NCBI GenBank assembly: GCA_045536565.1
Contig: JAZSNU010000016.1
Span: forward strand, 1 to 35,334
Direction of reading: 5' to 3'
DNA from: Clostridia bacterium
Lineage (GTDB): Bacteria; Bacillota; Clostridia; TANB77; CAG-465
Length of the DNA: 35,334 nt
The notes beneath the pieces are model-generated. The model worked only from the letters and a program-made list of their open reading frames with translations. It searched no databases and had not been told where the DNA came from. The first letter of the stretch is position 1; each line of letters starts with the position of its first letter. Below, piece after piece: positions 7,204-17,155 of the stretch. Position numbers and translations under genes: made by a program.

Positions 7204-9159
7204 ATGGGCAAAAAAGTAATAATAGCAGAAAAACCAAGCGTTGCAAGAGAATTTGCTAAGGCTTTGAATATAAATGGAAAAAATCAAAATGGGTATATAG
7301 AATCAGATGAATATATAGTTACATGGTGTGTTGGTCATTTAATTACAATGAGTTATCCTGAAAAATATGATGAGTCTTTAAGGTATTGGAATTTAAAGAC
7401 ACTTCCATTCATACCACAAGATTTTAAATATGAGATAATAGAAAATGTATCCAAACAGTTTGATATAGTTTCAAATATATTAAATAGAGAAGATGTTGAA
7501 ACGATATATGTATGTACTGACTCAGGAAGAGAAGGAGAATACATATATAGATTAGTTGATGATATGGCAGGAAATCCAAACAAAGAAAAGAGAAGAGTAT
7601 GGATAGATTCGCAAACGGAGGAGGCTATAAAAGAAGGTATAAATTCGGCTAAAAAGTTAGAAGAATATAACAGTTTATCTGATGCAGCATATTTAAGAGC
7701 AAAGGAAGATTATTTAATAGGTATAAATTTTTCTAGACTTTTATCTATAATATATGGAAAAGATTTAGCAAAAAAACTATCGCAAGATAAAGCAGTAATT
7801 TCCATAGGTCGTGTTATGACCTGTGTACTTGGAATGATTGTAAAAAGAGAAAGAGAGATAAGGGATTTTAAGAAAGTTAATTTCTATAAAATACAAGCGT
7901 TATTCGGTGAAAATGAAGAAACTGGAATTTTATGCGACTGGAAAGCGTCAGAAGGGTCTAAATATTTTGAACATCCTAAGTTATATAATGAAACAGGATT
8001 TAAGAAAAAAGAAGATGCAGAGTTGTTTATAAAGGAACTAAAAGCAGGTAATCAATATGGAATAGTAAAAGAAGTAACTAAAAAAACTCAAAAGGAAAAA
8101 CCACCGCTTTTATTTAATCTTGCTGAAATTCAAAACGAATGTAGTAAAAGATTTAAAATAACACCTGAGGAAACTTTAAATTTTATTCAGGAACTATATG
8201 AGAAAAAGATGGTTACTTATCCAAGAACAGATGCTAGGGTGTTATCTACTGCTATTGCAAAAGAAATAAAGAAAAATTTAAATGGGCTTTTTAAATCAAA
8301 TATAGATAAAGAGATAAAAGAATGTTTGAATAAAATGATAGAAGAAAAATATAGCACAAATTTAATTAAAACAAAATATGTAGATGATTCAAAAATAACA
8401 GAACACTATGCAATAATTCCTACGGGGCAGGGATTTGAAAATTATGAAAAATTAGCAGCGCTTCCAAAAGAGATATACCACTTAATAGTAAGAAGATTTT
8501 TAAGTATATTTTATCCGCCAGCAGAATTTAATAAAATGACTGTAAAGATAAATGTGGGAAATGAAGAGTTTAGTGTAAATGGTAAAGTGTGCATAAATCA
8601 AGGGTATTTAGAAGTTGCAAAACATGAAAAAGTAAAATCATCAAAGGAAGATGAAGAAGCTAAAACGGATAATATAGAGGCGTTAAAAGAGCTGAAAAAA
8701 GGTCAGCAAATTAATTTGATTGATATGAATGTTAAAGAGGGAGAAACCTCTCCACCTAATAGATATTCTTCTGGCTCTATAATACTTGCTATGGAAAATG
8801 CGGGTAAACTAATAGAGGACGAAGAACTTAGAGAACAAATAAAAGGGAGTGGTATTGGAACTAGTGCTACAAGAGCCGAAATAATAAACAAACTTACTAG
8901 AATAGAATATATAGCAATAAACAAAAAGACACAAATACTTACCCCTACTGAAAAAGGAGAGGCTATATATGATATTGTTATAAAGACAATGCCAGATATG
9001 TTAAACCCAAAACTTACTGCAAGCTGGGAAAAAGGACTTACTATGGTTGCTCAAAATGAAATAAAAGCAGATGAGTTTATGAAAAAGCTAGAAGAATATG
9101 TTAGTTCGAAAGTTATTAAACTAAAAAAAGCATATAATAATTTTTATTATGGCATGTAA
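7204..9159 (+). CDS. topB: Type IA DNA topoisomerase (topoisomerase III-like)
   Basis: TOPRIM IAEKPS, TW..GHL, TDSGREGE, catalytic TYPRTD, GIGTSATRA.II. ATG at 7204 after GAGG. Confidence 0.9.
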   Translation: MGKKVIIAEKPSVAREFAKALNINGKNQNGYIESDEYIVTWCVGHLITMSYPEKYDESLRYWNLKTLPFIPQDFKYEIIENVSKQFDIVSNILNREDVETIYVCTDSGREGEYIYRLVDDMAGNPNKEKRRVWIDSQTEEAIKEGINSAKKLEEYNSLSDAAYLRAKEDYLIGINFSRLLSIIYGKDLAKKLSQDKAVISIGRVMTCVLGMIVKREREIRDFKKVNFYKIQALFGENEETGILCDWKASEGSKYFEHPKLYNETGFKKKEDAELFIKELKAGNQYGIVKEVTKKTQKEKPPLLFNLAEIQNECSKRFKITPEETLNFIQELYEKKMVTYPRTDARVLSTAIAKEIKKNLNGLFKSNIDKEIKECLNKMIEEKYSTNLIKTKYVDDSKITEHYAIIPTGQGFENYEKLAALPKEIYHLIVRRFLSIFYPPAEFNKMTVKINVGNEEFSVNGKVCINQGYLEVAKHEKVKSSKEDEEAKTDNIEALKELKKGQQINLIDMNVKEGETSPPNRYSSGSIILAMENAGKLIEDEELREQIKGSGIGTSATRAEIINKLTRIEYIAINKKTQILTPTEKGEAIYDIVIKTMPDMLNPKLTASWEKGLTMVAQNEIKADEFMKKLEEYVSSKVIKLKKAYNNFYYGM

Positions 9160-9175
9160 AAAGAGTTGGAAATAA

Positions 9176-9204
9176 TTGACAAGATAAATGCGAAATGGTA
9201 TAAT
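9176..9204 (+). promoter_or_regulatory. Consensus SigA promoter of putative antitoxin sRNA
   Basis: TTGACA(9176-9181)-17 nt-TATAAT(9199-9204), with an extended -10 TG. Confidence 0.85.
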
Positions 9205-9208
9205 ATAA

Positions 9209-9279
9209 ATACAACTTAGGTTGTATAAAATCGTTCAATTGTTTGCGAGAAGGTAGCTGTAACTATCTTCTCATTTTTT
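9209..9279 (+). ncRNA. Putative type I antitoxin sRNA (~70 nt)
   Basis: 5' hairpin ATACAAC/GTTGTAT; single-stranded TCGTTCAATTGTTTGC complementary to the toxin start region; terminator GAGAAGGTAG/CTATCTTCTC + T6. Confidence 0.75.
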
Positions 9280-9310
9280 GCATATTTTAATTTATATATC
9301 ATAAAATATT

Positions 9311-9336
9311 AGTAGCCTAGCTGTAACTAGGCTACT
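9311..9336 (-). terminator. 3' hairpin/terminator of toxin mRNA
   Basis: AGTAGCCTAG / CTAGGCTACT perfect 10-bp stem, 5 nt after the toxin stop. Confidence 0.7.
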
Positions 9337-9341
9337 TTGGA

Positions 9342-9416
9342 TTACCTCTTATTCTTTTTGTTTAATTCCTTAACAAGTATAATCATTAAGAATAAGATTA
9401 ATATAATTTCGTCCAA
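9342..9416 (-). CDS. Putative type I toxin peptide MDEIILILFLMIILVKELNKKNKR (24 aa)
   Basis: TTG start 7 nt after AGGAGGTG; hydrophobic helix plus basic C-tail; own promoter and 3' hairpin. Confidence 0.8.
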   Translation of the reverse strand: MDEIILILFLMIILVKELNKKNKR

Positions 9417-9455
9417 TTGTTTGCACCTCCTCTCATACCAGAGTTGGTGCTTTTT

Positions 9456-9484
9456 ATTATATCTGCACAAATATTACATTACAA
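9456..9484 (-). promoter_or_regulatory. SigA promoter of toxin gene
   Basis: Minus strand TTGTAA(9484-9479)-17 nt-TATAAT(9461-9456). Confidence 0.65.
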
Positions 9485-9544
9485 GAAATATTAAACTATG
9501 TGACTAAACTATACAAAATACGACAGCAAAAGCATGGAATCGAA

Positions 9545-9573
9545 TTGACATAATATAATTAGCGTGATATAAT
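9545..9573 (+). promoter_or_regulatory. Consensus SigA promoter of 9624 ORF
   Basis: TTGACA(9545-9550)-17 nt-TATAAT(9568-9573) with TG at the extended -10 position. Confidence 0.8.
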
Positions 9574-9623
9574 ATCTAAACAAATTAATCAATTTCTAGA
9601 AAATAATTTTTAAGGAGGATTAT

Positions 9624-10136
9624 ATGATTAAATTTAATGAAGTAAGACTTACAGATGAAGCAAGAAGTAAAATTGTACTATTATACCTTGGATGTAAATT
9701 ACATGGAATTGGAAGCACAAGAATAAATTTTCTTGCTAACCAAGTTATATTATCGGGAGCAACAGGAAAAAAACTTACATTTTCTTCAGCACATGTAATA
9801 TATGATGCAGAAGAATTAATCGATTTCGTATATGATTATATTTATGAAGAGATGAGAAAATTTCTTTATCCAAATGGAAAGGTATTAGATTCTTCTTTTC
9901 TCGAAAGAGATGGTGAAATTCTTTCTGAAAAGGGAGTAATGCTTAAATTAATAAACAAAATATTTGACTTTGATTTCTTTGAAGGAATAGACGATGGTGA
10001 TGTATATATAGCAATTACTGAACAAGTAGCGCTATATACAAACTCTTGTACTACAAGGATAACTACTCTTAAACAAAGTCCTATATATAGACATGTTGAG
10101 TTAGTAAGACAAGCAATAAGAGAATATAGAAAATGA
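9624..10136 (+). CDS. Hypothetical protein (170 aa)
   Basis: AAGGAGG RBS, strong promoter; no motif recognised. Confidence 0.75.
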   Translation: MIKFNEVRLTDEARSKIVLLYLGCKLHGIGSTRINFLANQVILSGATGKKLTFSSAHVIYDAEELIDFVYDYIYEEMRKFLYPNGKVLDSSFLERDGEILSEKGVMLKLINKIFDFDFFEGIDDGDVYIAITEQVALYTNSCTTRITTLKQSPIYRHVELVRQAIREYRK

Positions 10137-10231
10137 TTAATTCGTAATAATTTGTAAACACAGGTAATAAATATTGTTACTTGTGTTTGTTTATGGTAAA
10201 ATACATTATTATATATTTCATGGAGGTAAAT

Positions 10232-12883
10232 ATGGAAAAAGGAATGTACAATTTGAGTGTTGAAGAAGTTTGTAAAGAAACTAATTCTTCAAGCCAGGGA
10301 CTTACTGATACAGAAGCAAGATCAAGGCTTGAAAAGAATGGTCCTAACAAACTAAAAGAAGGCAAAAAGAAAACTATGCTTGGTAGATTTATTGAACAGT
10401 TTAAAGATATTATGATAATAATTCTACTTATTGCAGCAGTTGTATCAGGTATAGTAGCAGTAATGGAAGGTGAAGGCCTAACAGATTCAATAATCATTTT
10501 GGTTGTAGTTTTACTTAATGCCATAATGGGCGTTGTTCAAGAAAGTAAAGCAGAAAAAGCAATTGATTCTTTAAAAACTATGTCTGTTCCTAATATAAAG
10601 GTAAGAAGAAATGGTATAGTAAAAAGTGTAAACACAGAAGAATTAGTTGTAGGTGATATTGTTTTAATTGAAGCAGGTGATTTTGTTCCGGCTGATATGC
10701 GAATAATAGAAAACAGCAGTTTAAAAGTAGAAGAAGCAGCTTTAACAGGAGAATCTGTACCTGTATATAAAGATGTGGCAGCATTAGATGGTGAAGTTGC
10801 ACTAGCTGAAAGAAAAAATATGCTATATTCAGGAAGTTCAGTTGTATATGGTAGAGGTGAAGGCATAGTTGTTGCAACAGGTATGGACACAGAACTTGGA
10901 AAAATAGCTACAATACTTACTGAGGGTAAAGAAGAACTTACACCACTTCAAAGAAAAATGAAGGAAATAAGTAAGGCTTTAAGCATAATTGTAGTTGTAA
11001 TTGGTTTCGTTATGATGATAGTTGGAATGGCTAGAGGTAATGAACTGCTAGAAGTATTTATGCTTGCAGTGTCGCTTGCAGTTGCTGCAATACCAGAAGG
11101 ACTTCCAGCAGCCATTACTATAATCTTATCAATAGGCGTTCAAAAAATGGCTAGAGAAAAGAGCATAGTTCGTAAGTTATCATCGGTAGAAGCGCTTGGT
11201 TCAACAGAAGTAATATGCTCTGACAAAACAGGTACACTTACTCAAAACAAAATGACAGTAAAAGAAATTTGCGTAGGCGATGTATCTATGAAATTAGATG
11301 ATATTTCTTTAGCAGATGCAAAGTCTGAAAAGTTAGCAACTCTTATGCATGCAATGCTTTTATGTAATGATACAAAATATGGTGAAAAAGAGGGAGTACT
11401 ATTAGGTGATCCTACTGAAACAGCACTTGTATCATTTGCTGAAAAGTATTCTATCGAAAAGAAAGTTTACGATATAAAACATGAGAGAGTAGCAGAAATA
11501 CCTTTTGATTCTGATAGAAAAATGATGAGTACTGTAAATGAGTACAAAGGTGCATATAGAATATATACAAAAGGTGCTATTGAATCTATTTTAGATAGAT
11601 GTTCTCATGCAATAATCAATGATGAAAAAGTAGAAATGACAGATGAAGTAAAAGCAAAAATCATTGAAAAGAACAATGAAATGTCTACAAAGGCTCTAAG
11701 AGTTTTAGCATTTGCGTACAATGATTCGGATGCAGTACCTACTGAAATGACAAGTGAAAAAGTAGAAAAAGACATGGTATACAGTGGTCTTGTTGGTATG
11801 ATAGATCCGCCTCGTCCAGAAGCAAAAGATGCTGTTGAGAAATGTTTTGAAGCAGGAATGATGCCGGTCATGATAACAGGTGACAACAAAGAAACAGCCG
11901 TTGCAATAGCTACTGAACTTGGTATCATGAAAAAAGGATTGCTAGCTATAACAGGTGCTGAACTCGATAAAATGTCTGATGAGGAATTTGAAAAGAAAAT
12001 AGACAAAATAAGAGTATATGCAAGAGTTTCTCCTGAAAACAAATTAAGAATAGTTAAGACATGGAAAAAACTTGGAAAAACTGTTGCTATGACAGGCGAT
12101 GGTGTAAATGATGCACCTGCGTTAAAGAATGCAGACATTGGTGTTGGTATGGGTATAACTGGTACAGAAGTATCTAAGAGTGTGTCTAGTATGGTTATAT
12201 CTGATGATAACTTCGCAACAATAGTTGTAGCAATTAAAGAGGGTAGAAGAATTTATACAAACATACAAAATGTTATTGCATATCTGTTGGCTTCAAACTT
12301 AGCAGAAGTAATTATAATATTCTTTGGTACATTATTTGGTCATAATATAATGTTACCACTTCAATTATTGTGGATTAACTTAATTACTGATACAATCCCT
12401 GCTATAACATTAGGATTTGAAAAAGCAGAGAAGAATATCATGAAAGAAAAACCAAGAAGTTCAAAAGAAAAATTCTTTAATCCATTCTTAGTTTGCAGAA
12501 TTGTTATACCTGCTATAATTAAGAGTATATTAGTGCTAACAGTATTCTTAAATGTAGAAAAAACATATGGCCATACAGAAGCTATGACAGTTGCCTTTAT
12601 AATGTTATCATTTATTGAGCTATTATTTGCATATACTATGCGTTCTGATAGAAGATTAGTGACAAGTATAGGAATATTCTCTAACAAACAAATGGTAGTA
12701 GGAACTATCTTTACGATAGCACTTCAACTTATTGTTGTATTAGTACCAGTTGTTGCTAGCATATTTAAAGTAGTAGCATTAGATAGTCATTTATATATCT
12801 TATGCGCAGGTTGTGCAATAGGTTTTGTAATAGTAGCAGAATTAGTAAAAGTAACACTTGCAAAAATATTTCATAAAAATTAA
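10232..12883 (+). CDS. Cation-transporting P-type ATPase (type IIA, Ca2+-type)
   Basis: TGES, AAIPEGL, DKTGTLT, GDPTE, MITGD and TGDGVNDAPALK motifs. ATG at 10232 after GGAGG. Confidence 0.95.
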   Translation: MEKGMYNLSVEEVCKETNSSSQGLTDTEARSRLEKNGPNKLKEGKKKTMLGRFIEQFKDIMIIILLIAAVVSGIVAVMEGEGLTDSIIILVVVLLNAIMGVVQESKAEKAIDSLKTMSVPNIKVRRNGIVKSVNTEELVVGDIVLIEAGDFVPADMRIIENSSLKVEEAALTGESVPVYKDVAALDGEVALAERKNMLYSGSSVVYGRGEGIVVATGMDTELGKIATILTEGKEELTPLQRKMKEISKALSIIVVVIGFVMMIVGMARGNELLEVFMLAVSLAVAAIPEGLPAAITIILSIGVQKMAREKSIVRKLSSVEALGSTEVICSDKTGTLTQNKMTVKEICVGDVSMKLDDISLADAKSEKLATLMHAMLLCNDTKYGEKEGVLLGDPTETALVSFAEKYSIEKKVYDIKHERVAEIPFDSDRKMMSTVNEYKGAYRIYTKGAIESILDRCSHAIINDEKVEMTDEVKAKIIEKNNEMSTKALRVLAFAYNDSDAVPTEMTSEKVEKDMVYSGLVGMIDPPRPEAKDAVEKCFEAGMMPVMITGDNKETAVAIATELGIMKKGLLAITGAELDKMSDEEFEKKIDKIRVYARVSPENKLRIVKTWKKLGKTVAMTGDGVNDAPALKNADIGVGMGITGTEVSKSVSSMVISDDNFATIVVAIKEGRRIYTNIQNVIAYLLASNLAEVIIIFFGTLFGHNIMLPLQLLWINLITDTIPAITLGFEKAEKNIMKEKPRSSKEKFFNPFLVCRIVIPAIIKSILVLTVFLNVEKTYGHTEAMTVAFIMLSFIELLFAYTMRSDRRLVTSIGIFSNKQMVVGTIFTIALQLIVVLVPVVASIFKVVALDSHLYILCAGCAIGFVIVAELVKVTLAKIFHKN

Positions 12884-12898
12884 AGCATGAACAAACAT

Positions 12899-12952
12899 AA
12901 AAACCTTTTCCTTACAATATATATGTATTAAGTTGTAAGGGAGAGGTTTTTT
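12899..12952 (+). terminator. Hairpin terminator overlapping the rhodanese RBS
   Basis: AAAAACCTTTTCCTTACAA / TTGTAAGGGAGAGGTTTTT, 19 bp including 2 G-U pairs. Confidence 0.6.
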
Positions 12953-13426
12953 ATGATGAATAATATGATGGGAGTAGGTCAAAACAATATATTTGCTCAG
13001 ATAAGAAATTTTTTGGGTTTAAACAATAATAGAGGAATGCAAAATGGATATAGTAGATGCATGACTAGAATCTTATCAATGGAAGATGCATATATGCAAA
13101 TACTATCTGGTAATGTTAAAATACTAGATGTTAGAACAGAAAATGAATATAAAGTGATGAGGATTAGAGGAGCAATAAATATCCCTATAAATTTACTATC
13201 TTCAAATGTACAAAACATACTACCAAATAAATCAGACTGTATATTAGTGTATTGTGCATGTGGACCAAGGGCTGCACAGGCAGTTCAGATACTTAAAAAT
13301 ATGGGGTATATGAATATTTGTATATGGGAAGGCGCAGGAATAAACAATTTTAAATATAAAGATGTAATAGAAAAATATAATGATAATAGTGAAATGGTAA
13401 AAATAAATGATGGTAATAATTTCTAA
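12953..13426 (+). CDS. Rhodanese-like domain protein with N/M-rich N-terminus
   Basis: ILDVRT..EY...I.GAINIP...ILVYC..G.RA..A...L..MGY motif. Confidence 0.88.
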   Translation: MMNNMMGVGQNNIFAQIRNFLGLNNNRGMQNGYSRCMTRILSMEDAYMQILSGNVKILDVRTENEYKVMRIRGAINIPINLLSSNVQNILPNKSDCILVYCACGPRAAQAVQILKNMGYMNICIWEGAGINNFKYKDVIEKYNDNSEMVKINDGNNF

Positions 13427-13598
13427 AAACTCCTTTAAATGTTGAAAAATAGGACTTAATTCAAGTCGTGTAATATTTTTGTAACAAAAAACAACAAAAA
13501 ATGATACAAAAATGTTATTCATTTGTAGTTGTAATTGTTTCAGAAGATAGTATAATAGATATATAATAAAGTATGTAATTTACAAATGAGGTGTTTAT

Positions 13599-14441
13599 AT
13601 GTTTAAAGAGTTTTTTAAAAATGAATGGAATTTATTCTTACAAGATATGGAGGCAATAGGAAATGCATTTCTTAGTTTCTTCTCAAGAAAAGAAGAACCA
13701 TTAATGATAGCAGCTGCACCAGAAATGGCAGAAGAGCCTGTTGTACAAGAATATGTTCCAGATGAAGTTGACTACAAGGTAGAGACATATTTTGGAGAAA
13801 ATATAGTTGAATTAAAAGAAAGTTTCTGCGGAGACAAAACTCAACATGAAGTTTTAAGAGAATATGCACAATTCTTTAAACCTTATGGTGAAAATGCAGA
13901 AATGTGTCAAACAGCTTTCAAAAAATATTATGATAGACATGCTTTAAAAATGGCAGTTAATGATTTCCCGGTTGAACAAGCAAGAATAATTCAAAACAAT
14001 GTTGACCTATTTATTGAAGGACAAGAAGTGTTTGGAGAAAACGGACAATTTATTGATTCAAGAGTTGATTCAATATTTGAAAAAGCTGGAATGGACAGAG
14101 TTTCTAAAATGGTTAGTATTTTAGGAGAAGTAGATGAAAATGGAGTAAACTATCAAGGTGAAAGAACATTTGCAGAAGCGATTTGTCATATGGTTGATAA
14201 CGGAATCAAAGTTCAAAAAGATGGAGATTTAGTAAATCCAGTAAGAAAAGCATTAGAAGAAAAATTAAACAATGTGCATGCTTCATTAAGAAGTCATGAA
14301 GATTGGAATGATGATTATCAAGCATTGCTTTCACAAGAAAGAAAATATTTATATGCTTTAAATAGAATAGAGCAATATGAAACAGAAGAAAGAATAGCTG
14401 AATTCGAAAGCAAATTAAACGAACTAGATGTTGTAGTTTAA
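13599..14441 (+). CDS. Hypothetical acidic protein (280 aa)
   Basis: GAGGTG RBS, long ORF, downstream terminator near 14464-14497. Confidence 0.75.
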   Translation: MFKEFFKNEWNLFLQDMEAIGNAFLSFFSRKEEPLMIAAAPEMAEEPVVQEYVPDEVDYKVETYFGENIVELKESFCGDKTQHEVLREYAQFFKPYGENAEMCQTAFKKYYDRHALKMAVNDFPVEQARIIQNNVDLFIEGQEVFGENGQFIDSRVDSIFEKAGMDRVSKMVSILGEVDENGVNYQGERTFAEAICHMVDNGIKVQKDGDLVNPVRKALEEKLNNVHASLRSHEDWNDDYQALLSQERKYLYALNRIEQYETEERIAEFESKLNELDVVV

Positions 14442-14614
14442 TAGGCGATATATAAGAGGTTTGGAATAGCGGTATATATAACTGCTGTTCTTTTTTTGCG
14501 CGAAAAATGTGAGGAGAGGTATACATAACTTTACAAATATGCTTTGATGTGATATAATATATGATGTAATTAAACAAAAAACTTAATAAATAATTTTAAG
14601 GAGGAATAAATTTT

Positions 14615-15058
14615 ATGTTATTATTTTTAATTGGTTTAGCTATTGCTGTAATGGGTGCAATACTTGTACTAAATACTCTTAATTCTATTTTTCTTATAGT
14701 TTTTTTAATCGGTTTGCTTATTTCTACTATAAGTGCATTTCAGCCGCTAAGTGGGTGGGGCGAACCTAAAACTATGGAAGAATATGAACTTTTGCCACTA
14801 ATTCCTGGTACAGATACATTTGTAATTCAAGACAGAAGAGGAAATGTAATGTATAAGTATTTAGAAAAGGAAGTAAAGTTGGAATTAATAAAGTCACAAA
14901 ATTATTATTGTAGTATAATTGAAGAAATTGAAAGTGGTAAAAAGCCTGTGTTAAAAAAATCAAAAGTGAATCCGAAGAGAAGTTTGTGGGCATTTCCTAT
15001 ACTTTCATTAAAATATGTTGATGTGTTATGTGTTCCAAAAACTGGTGTGGTAAAATAA
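14615..15058 (+). CDS. Hypothetical membrane protein (2 N-terminal TM), paralog A
   Basis: AAGGAGG RBS; similar to the next ORF. Confidence 0.75.
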   Translation: MLLFLIGLAIAVMGAILVLNTLNSIFLIVFLIGLLISTISAFQPLSGWGEPKTMEEYELLPLIPGTDTFVIQDRRGNVMYKYLEKEVKLELIKSQNYYCSIIEEIESGKKPVLKKSKVNPKRSLWAFPILSLKYVDVLCVPKTGVVK

Positions 15059-15083
15059 ATCATAGGAAAAGGAGATATAAAAC

Positions 15084-15539
15084 ATGTTATTAATGGTATG
15101 TGGCGTATTAATAGCTATAATTGGTGGTAGTACACGGAAGGAATGGGGTTTTCTGCTAGGACTTTTAATAGGAGCGTTTGTTTTTTGCATAGGATTTCTT
15201 GTTCCTATACATGGGTATGAAGAACCTCTTTTTCAGAGTGACTACCAACTTAGTTCAATACATCCTGATATAACTATGTATGCAGTTGTAGATAGCGATG
15301 GTTCTGTAACTTGTAAACATCAAAAAGAAGATGACAGTTACAAGGCAGCAATGTACACATATGAAACAAATGTAGAATTTGAATATGTGGATGAAGGAAC
15401 AAAGCCTGTTTTGGTAAAATACTTGATGGAACCAAAGAAATCTATACTTTCAATGGCAGTAGGCAGTACAAAACCAAAATATGTAATATATTGCCCGAAA
15501 AACTATATTGAAATATGGCAGAATAAACACATCGAATGA
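15084..15539 (+). CDS. Hypothetical membrane protein (2 N-terminal TM), paralog B
   Basis: AAGGAG RBS; shares P..G..EP, G.KPVL.K and KYV...PK motifs with 14615. Confidence 0.75.
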   Translation: MLLMVCGVLIAIIGGSTRKEWGFLLGLLIGAFVFCIGFLVPIHGYEEPLFQSDYQLSSIHPDITMYAVVDSDGSVTCKHQKEDDSYKAAMYTYETNVEFEYVDEGTKPVLVKYLMEPKKSILSMAVGSTKPKYVIYCPKNYIEIWQNKHIE

Positions 15540-15659
15540 TGTGTTTTTTTCTGCTTAAAAAATGTTAACAAAAATGCTTAATTTCCTTTACAAATATAAA
15601 GTTTTGGTATATTATTTATATGTAGAATTTTATCGTAAAAAATAAGGGAAGGTATTTAT

Positions 15660-17135
15660 ATGAAAATTAAATTAAATGTTCAAAAAGATGGTGAAAACTT
15701 AATTAAGGATAGATTACTAAAAGAGAGTGAATCTAAACCTAAAAAAGTATATTTCTTTATGGGGAATATAAAAGAAAGTGGATTTGATATATTAGAAGAA
15801 TGCCTAATAGATTTAAAAGCAAAGAAACTTATTGTTATAGGAATAGACAAAAAGAATACTACTAAAAAAATGTTAGATACATTATATAATTATACAAAGA
15901 GTGTATATGTTTTTAATAATAATGAATTAGTTGAATTTGATAGTAATATATGGGTATTTGAATATGAAAATAAAGCAAATATATATATTATGAATTCAAA
16001 TGTATCAGAGGGGTCATTTATAGATGATATAGCAACATATACTACTGCCGAGTATGATTTAGAAAATAAAGAAGATACAGACTCATATAAAGAGTATATA
16101 AATAATCTAGTATCTATTTCTAAATTAGATAGTGCTAAAAAGTTGGAAAAAGAATATATAAAAGAATTATTTGATTCAAAACAAATATTTACAACTAAAC
16201 AATACACACATAGTATTATGACAATAGCAGAACTGTTAGGTGAAAAAGAAGAAGCCTCTAAAAAGGAAGAAAAAATATCAGATGATGATATAGTTGTAGA
16301 TGAAGATATAAAAGATGAAAAAATAAAAATACCAACAGTAGATTTAAGTAGCATGGAAGATTTTAGCATTGATATAGATATTGATATAGATGATTCCATT
16401 AGAAGAGAAGAAGCAATAATAGAAGAAATGGAACAAAAACCAAACAAAAAGGAAAAAACAGAGAAAAAGGATGAGCATCTACAAGAAGAAATAAAAAATG
16501 AAGTATACGAAGAACTAGATGATATGATGGATGATGACTTTGAACTAGATAGTGATGGCGCAGTTGATATAGAAAGTCTTCTATTTGAAAAAGCAGATAT
16601 AACTCTTGATAAAAAGAGTATAGATAAAAAAATTACAAAAGCAAAAGAGGAAAAGGAAGAAAAATCAGTAACTAAAAAAGTAGACTTAACAAAAGTTAGT
16701 AATTTAATTATGGAACTTCCTAAAAAACCAACAAAAGGAAAAGATGTATCTGTTGTTAAGGTGCCAAATTATATAAAGGATATGATACCAGATTTCTTTG
16801 GGGCTATGGTTAAGGCTAAATCTGTGGAAAAAGTGGATGGCGTATACAGAGAAAGCAAAATAAAATTGGAAGTTGTGGATATATTATCCAATGAAAAATT
16901 CACAGACAATAATGCGACGCTCGTATCAAAAGCAGGACAAACATATATAGTGTTTGCATCAGAAGGATTTAAAGATATAAGCTATATTGAAGGGGATATA
17001 GTTAGAATTATTAAATTATCTGATGATACATATCATATGGAAATAGTGTCACAAAGTGCGCAAGAATATAAAATATGGAAAAAATTATGTACAAAGAACT
17101 TCAAAGGGTCAAGTAGAAGTTACGGAGTAATGTAA
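15660..17135 (+). CDS. Degenerate PLD-fold (restriction-endonuclease-like) N-domain + acidic linker + C-terminal domain
   Basis: 'IVIGIDKKNTT', 'FDSNIWVFEYENKANIYIMNSNVSEG' resemble PLD-type FHxKhYhF...hhGSxNhT but lack HxK. Central D/E-rich tract. Confidence 0.5.
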   Translation: MKIKLNVQKDGENLIKDRLLKESESKPKKVYFFMGNIKESGFDILEECLIDLKAKKLIVIGIDKKNTTKKMLDTLYNYTKSVYVFNNNELVEFDSNIWVFEYENKANIYIMNSNVSEGSFIDDIATYTTAEYDLENKEDTDSYKEYINNLVSISKLDSAKKLEKEYIKELFDSKQIFTTKQYTHSIMTIAELLGEKEEASKKEEKISDDDIVVDEDIKDEKIKIPTVDLSSMEDFSIDIDIDIDDSIRREEAIIEEMEQKPNKKEKTEKKDEHLQEEIKNEVYEELDDMMDDDFELDSDGAVDIESLLFEKADITLDKKSIDKKITKAKEEKEEKSVTKKVDLTKVSNLIMELPKKPTKGKDVSVVKVPNYIKDMIPDFFGAMVKAKSVEKVDGVYRESKIKLEVVDILSNEKFTDNNATLVSKAGQTYIVFASEGFKDISYIEGDIVRIIKLSDDTYHMEIVSQSAQEYKIWKKLCTKNFKGSSRSYGVM

Positions 17136-17155
17136 GTAGAATAGTAGGGGTAAAA

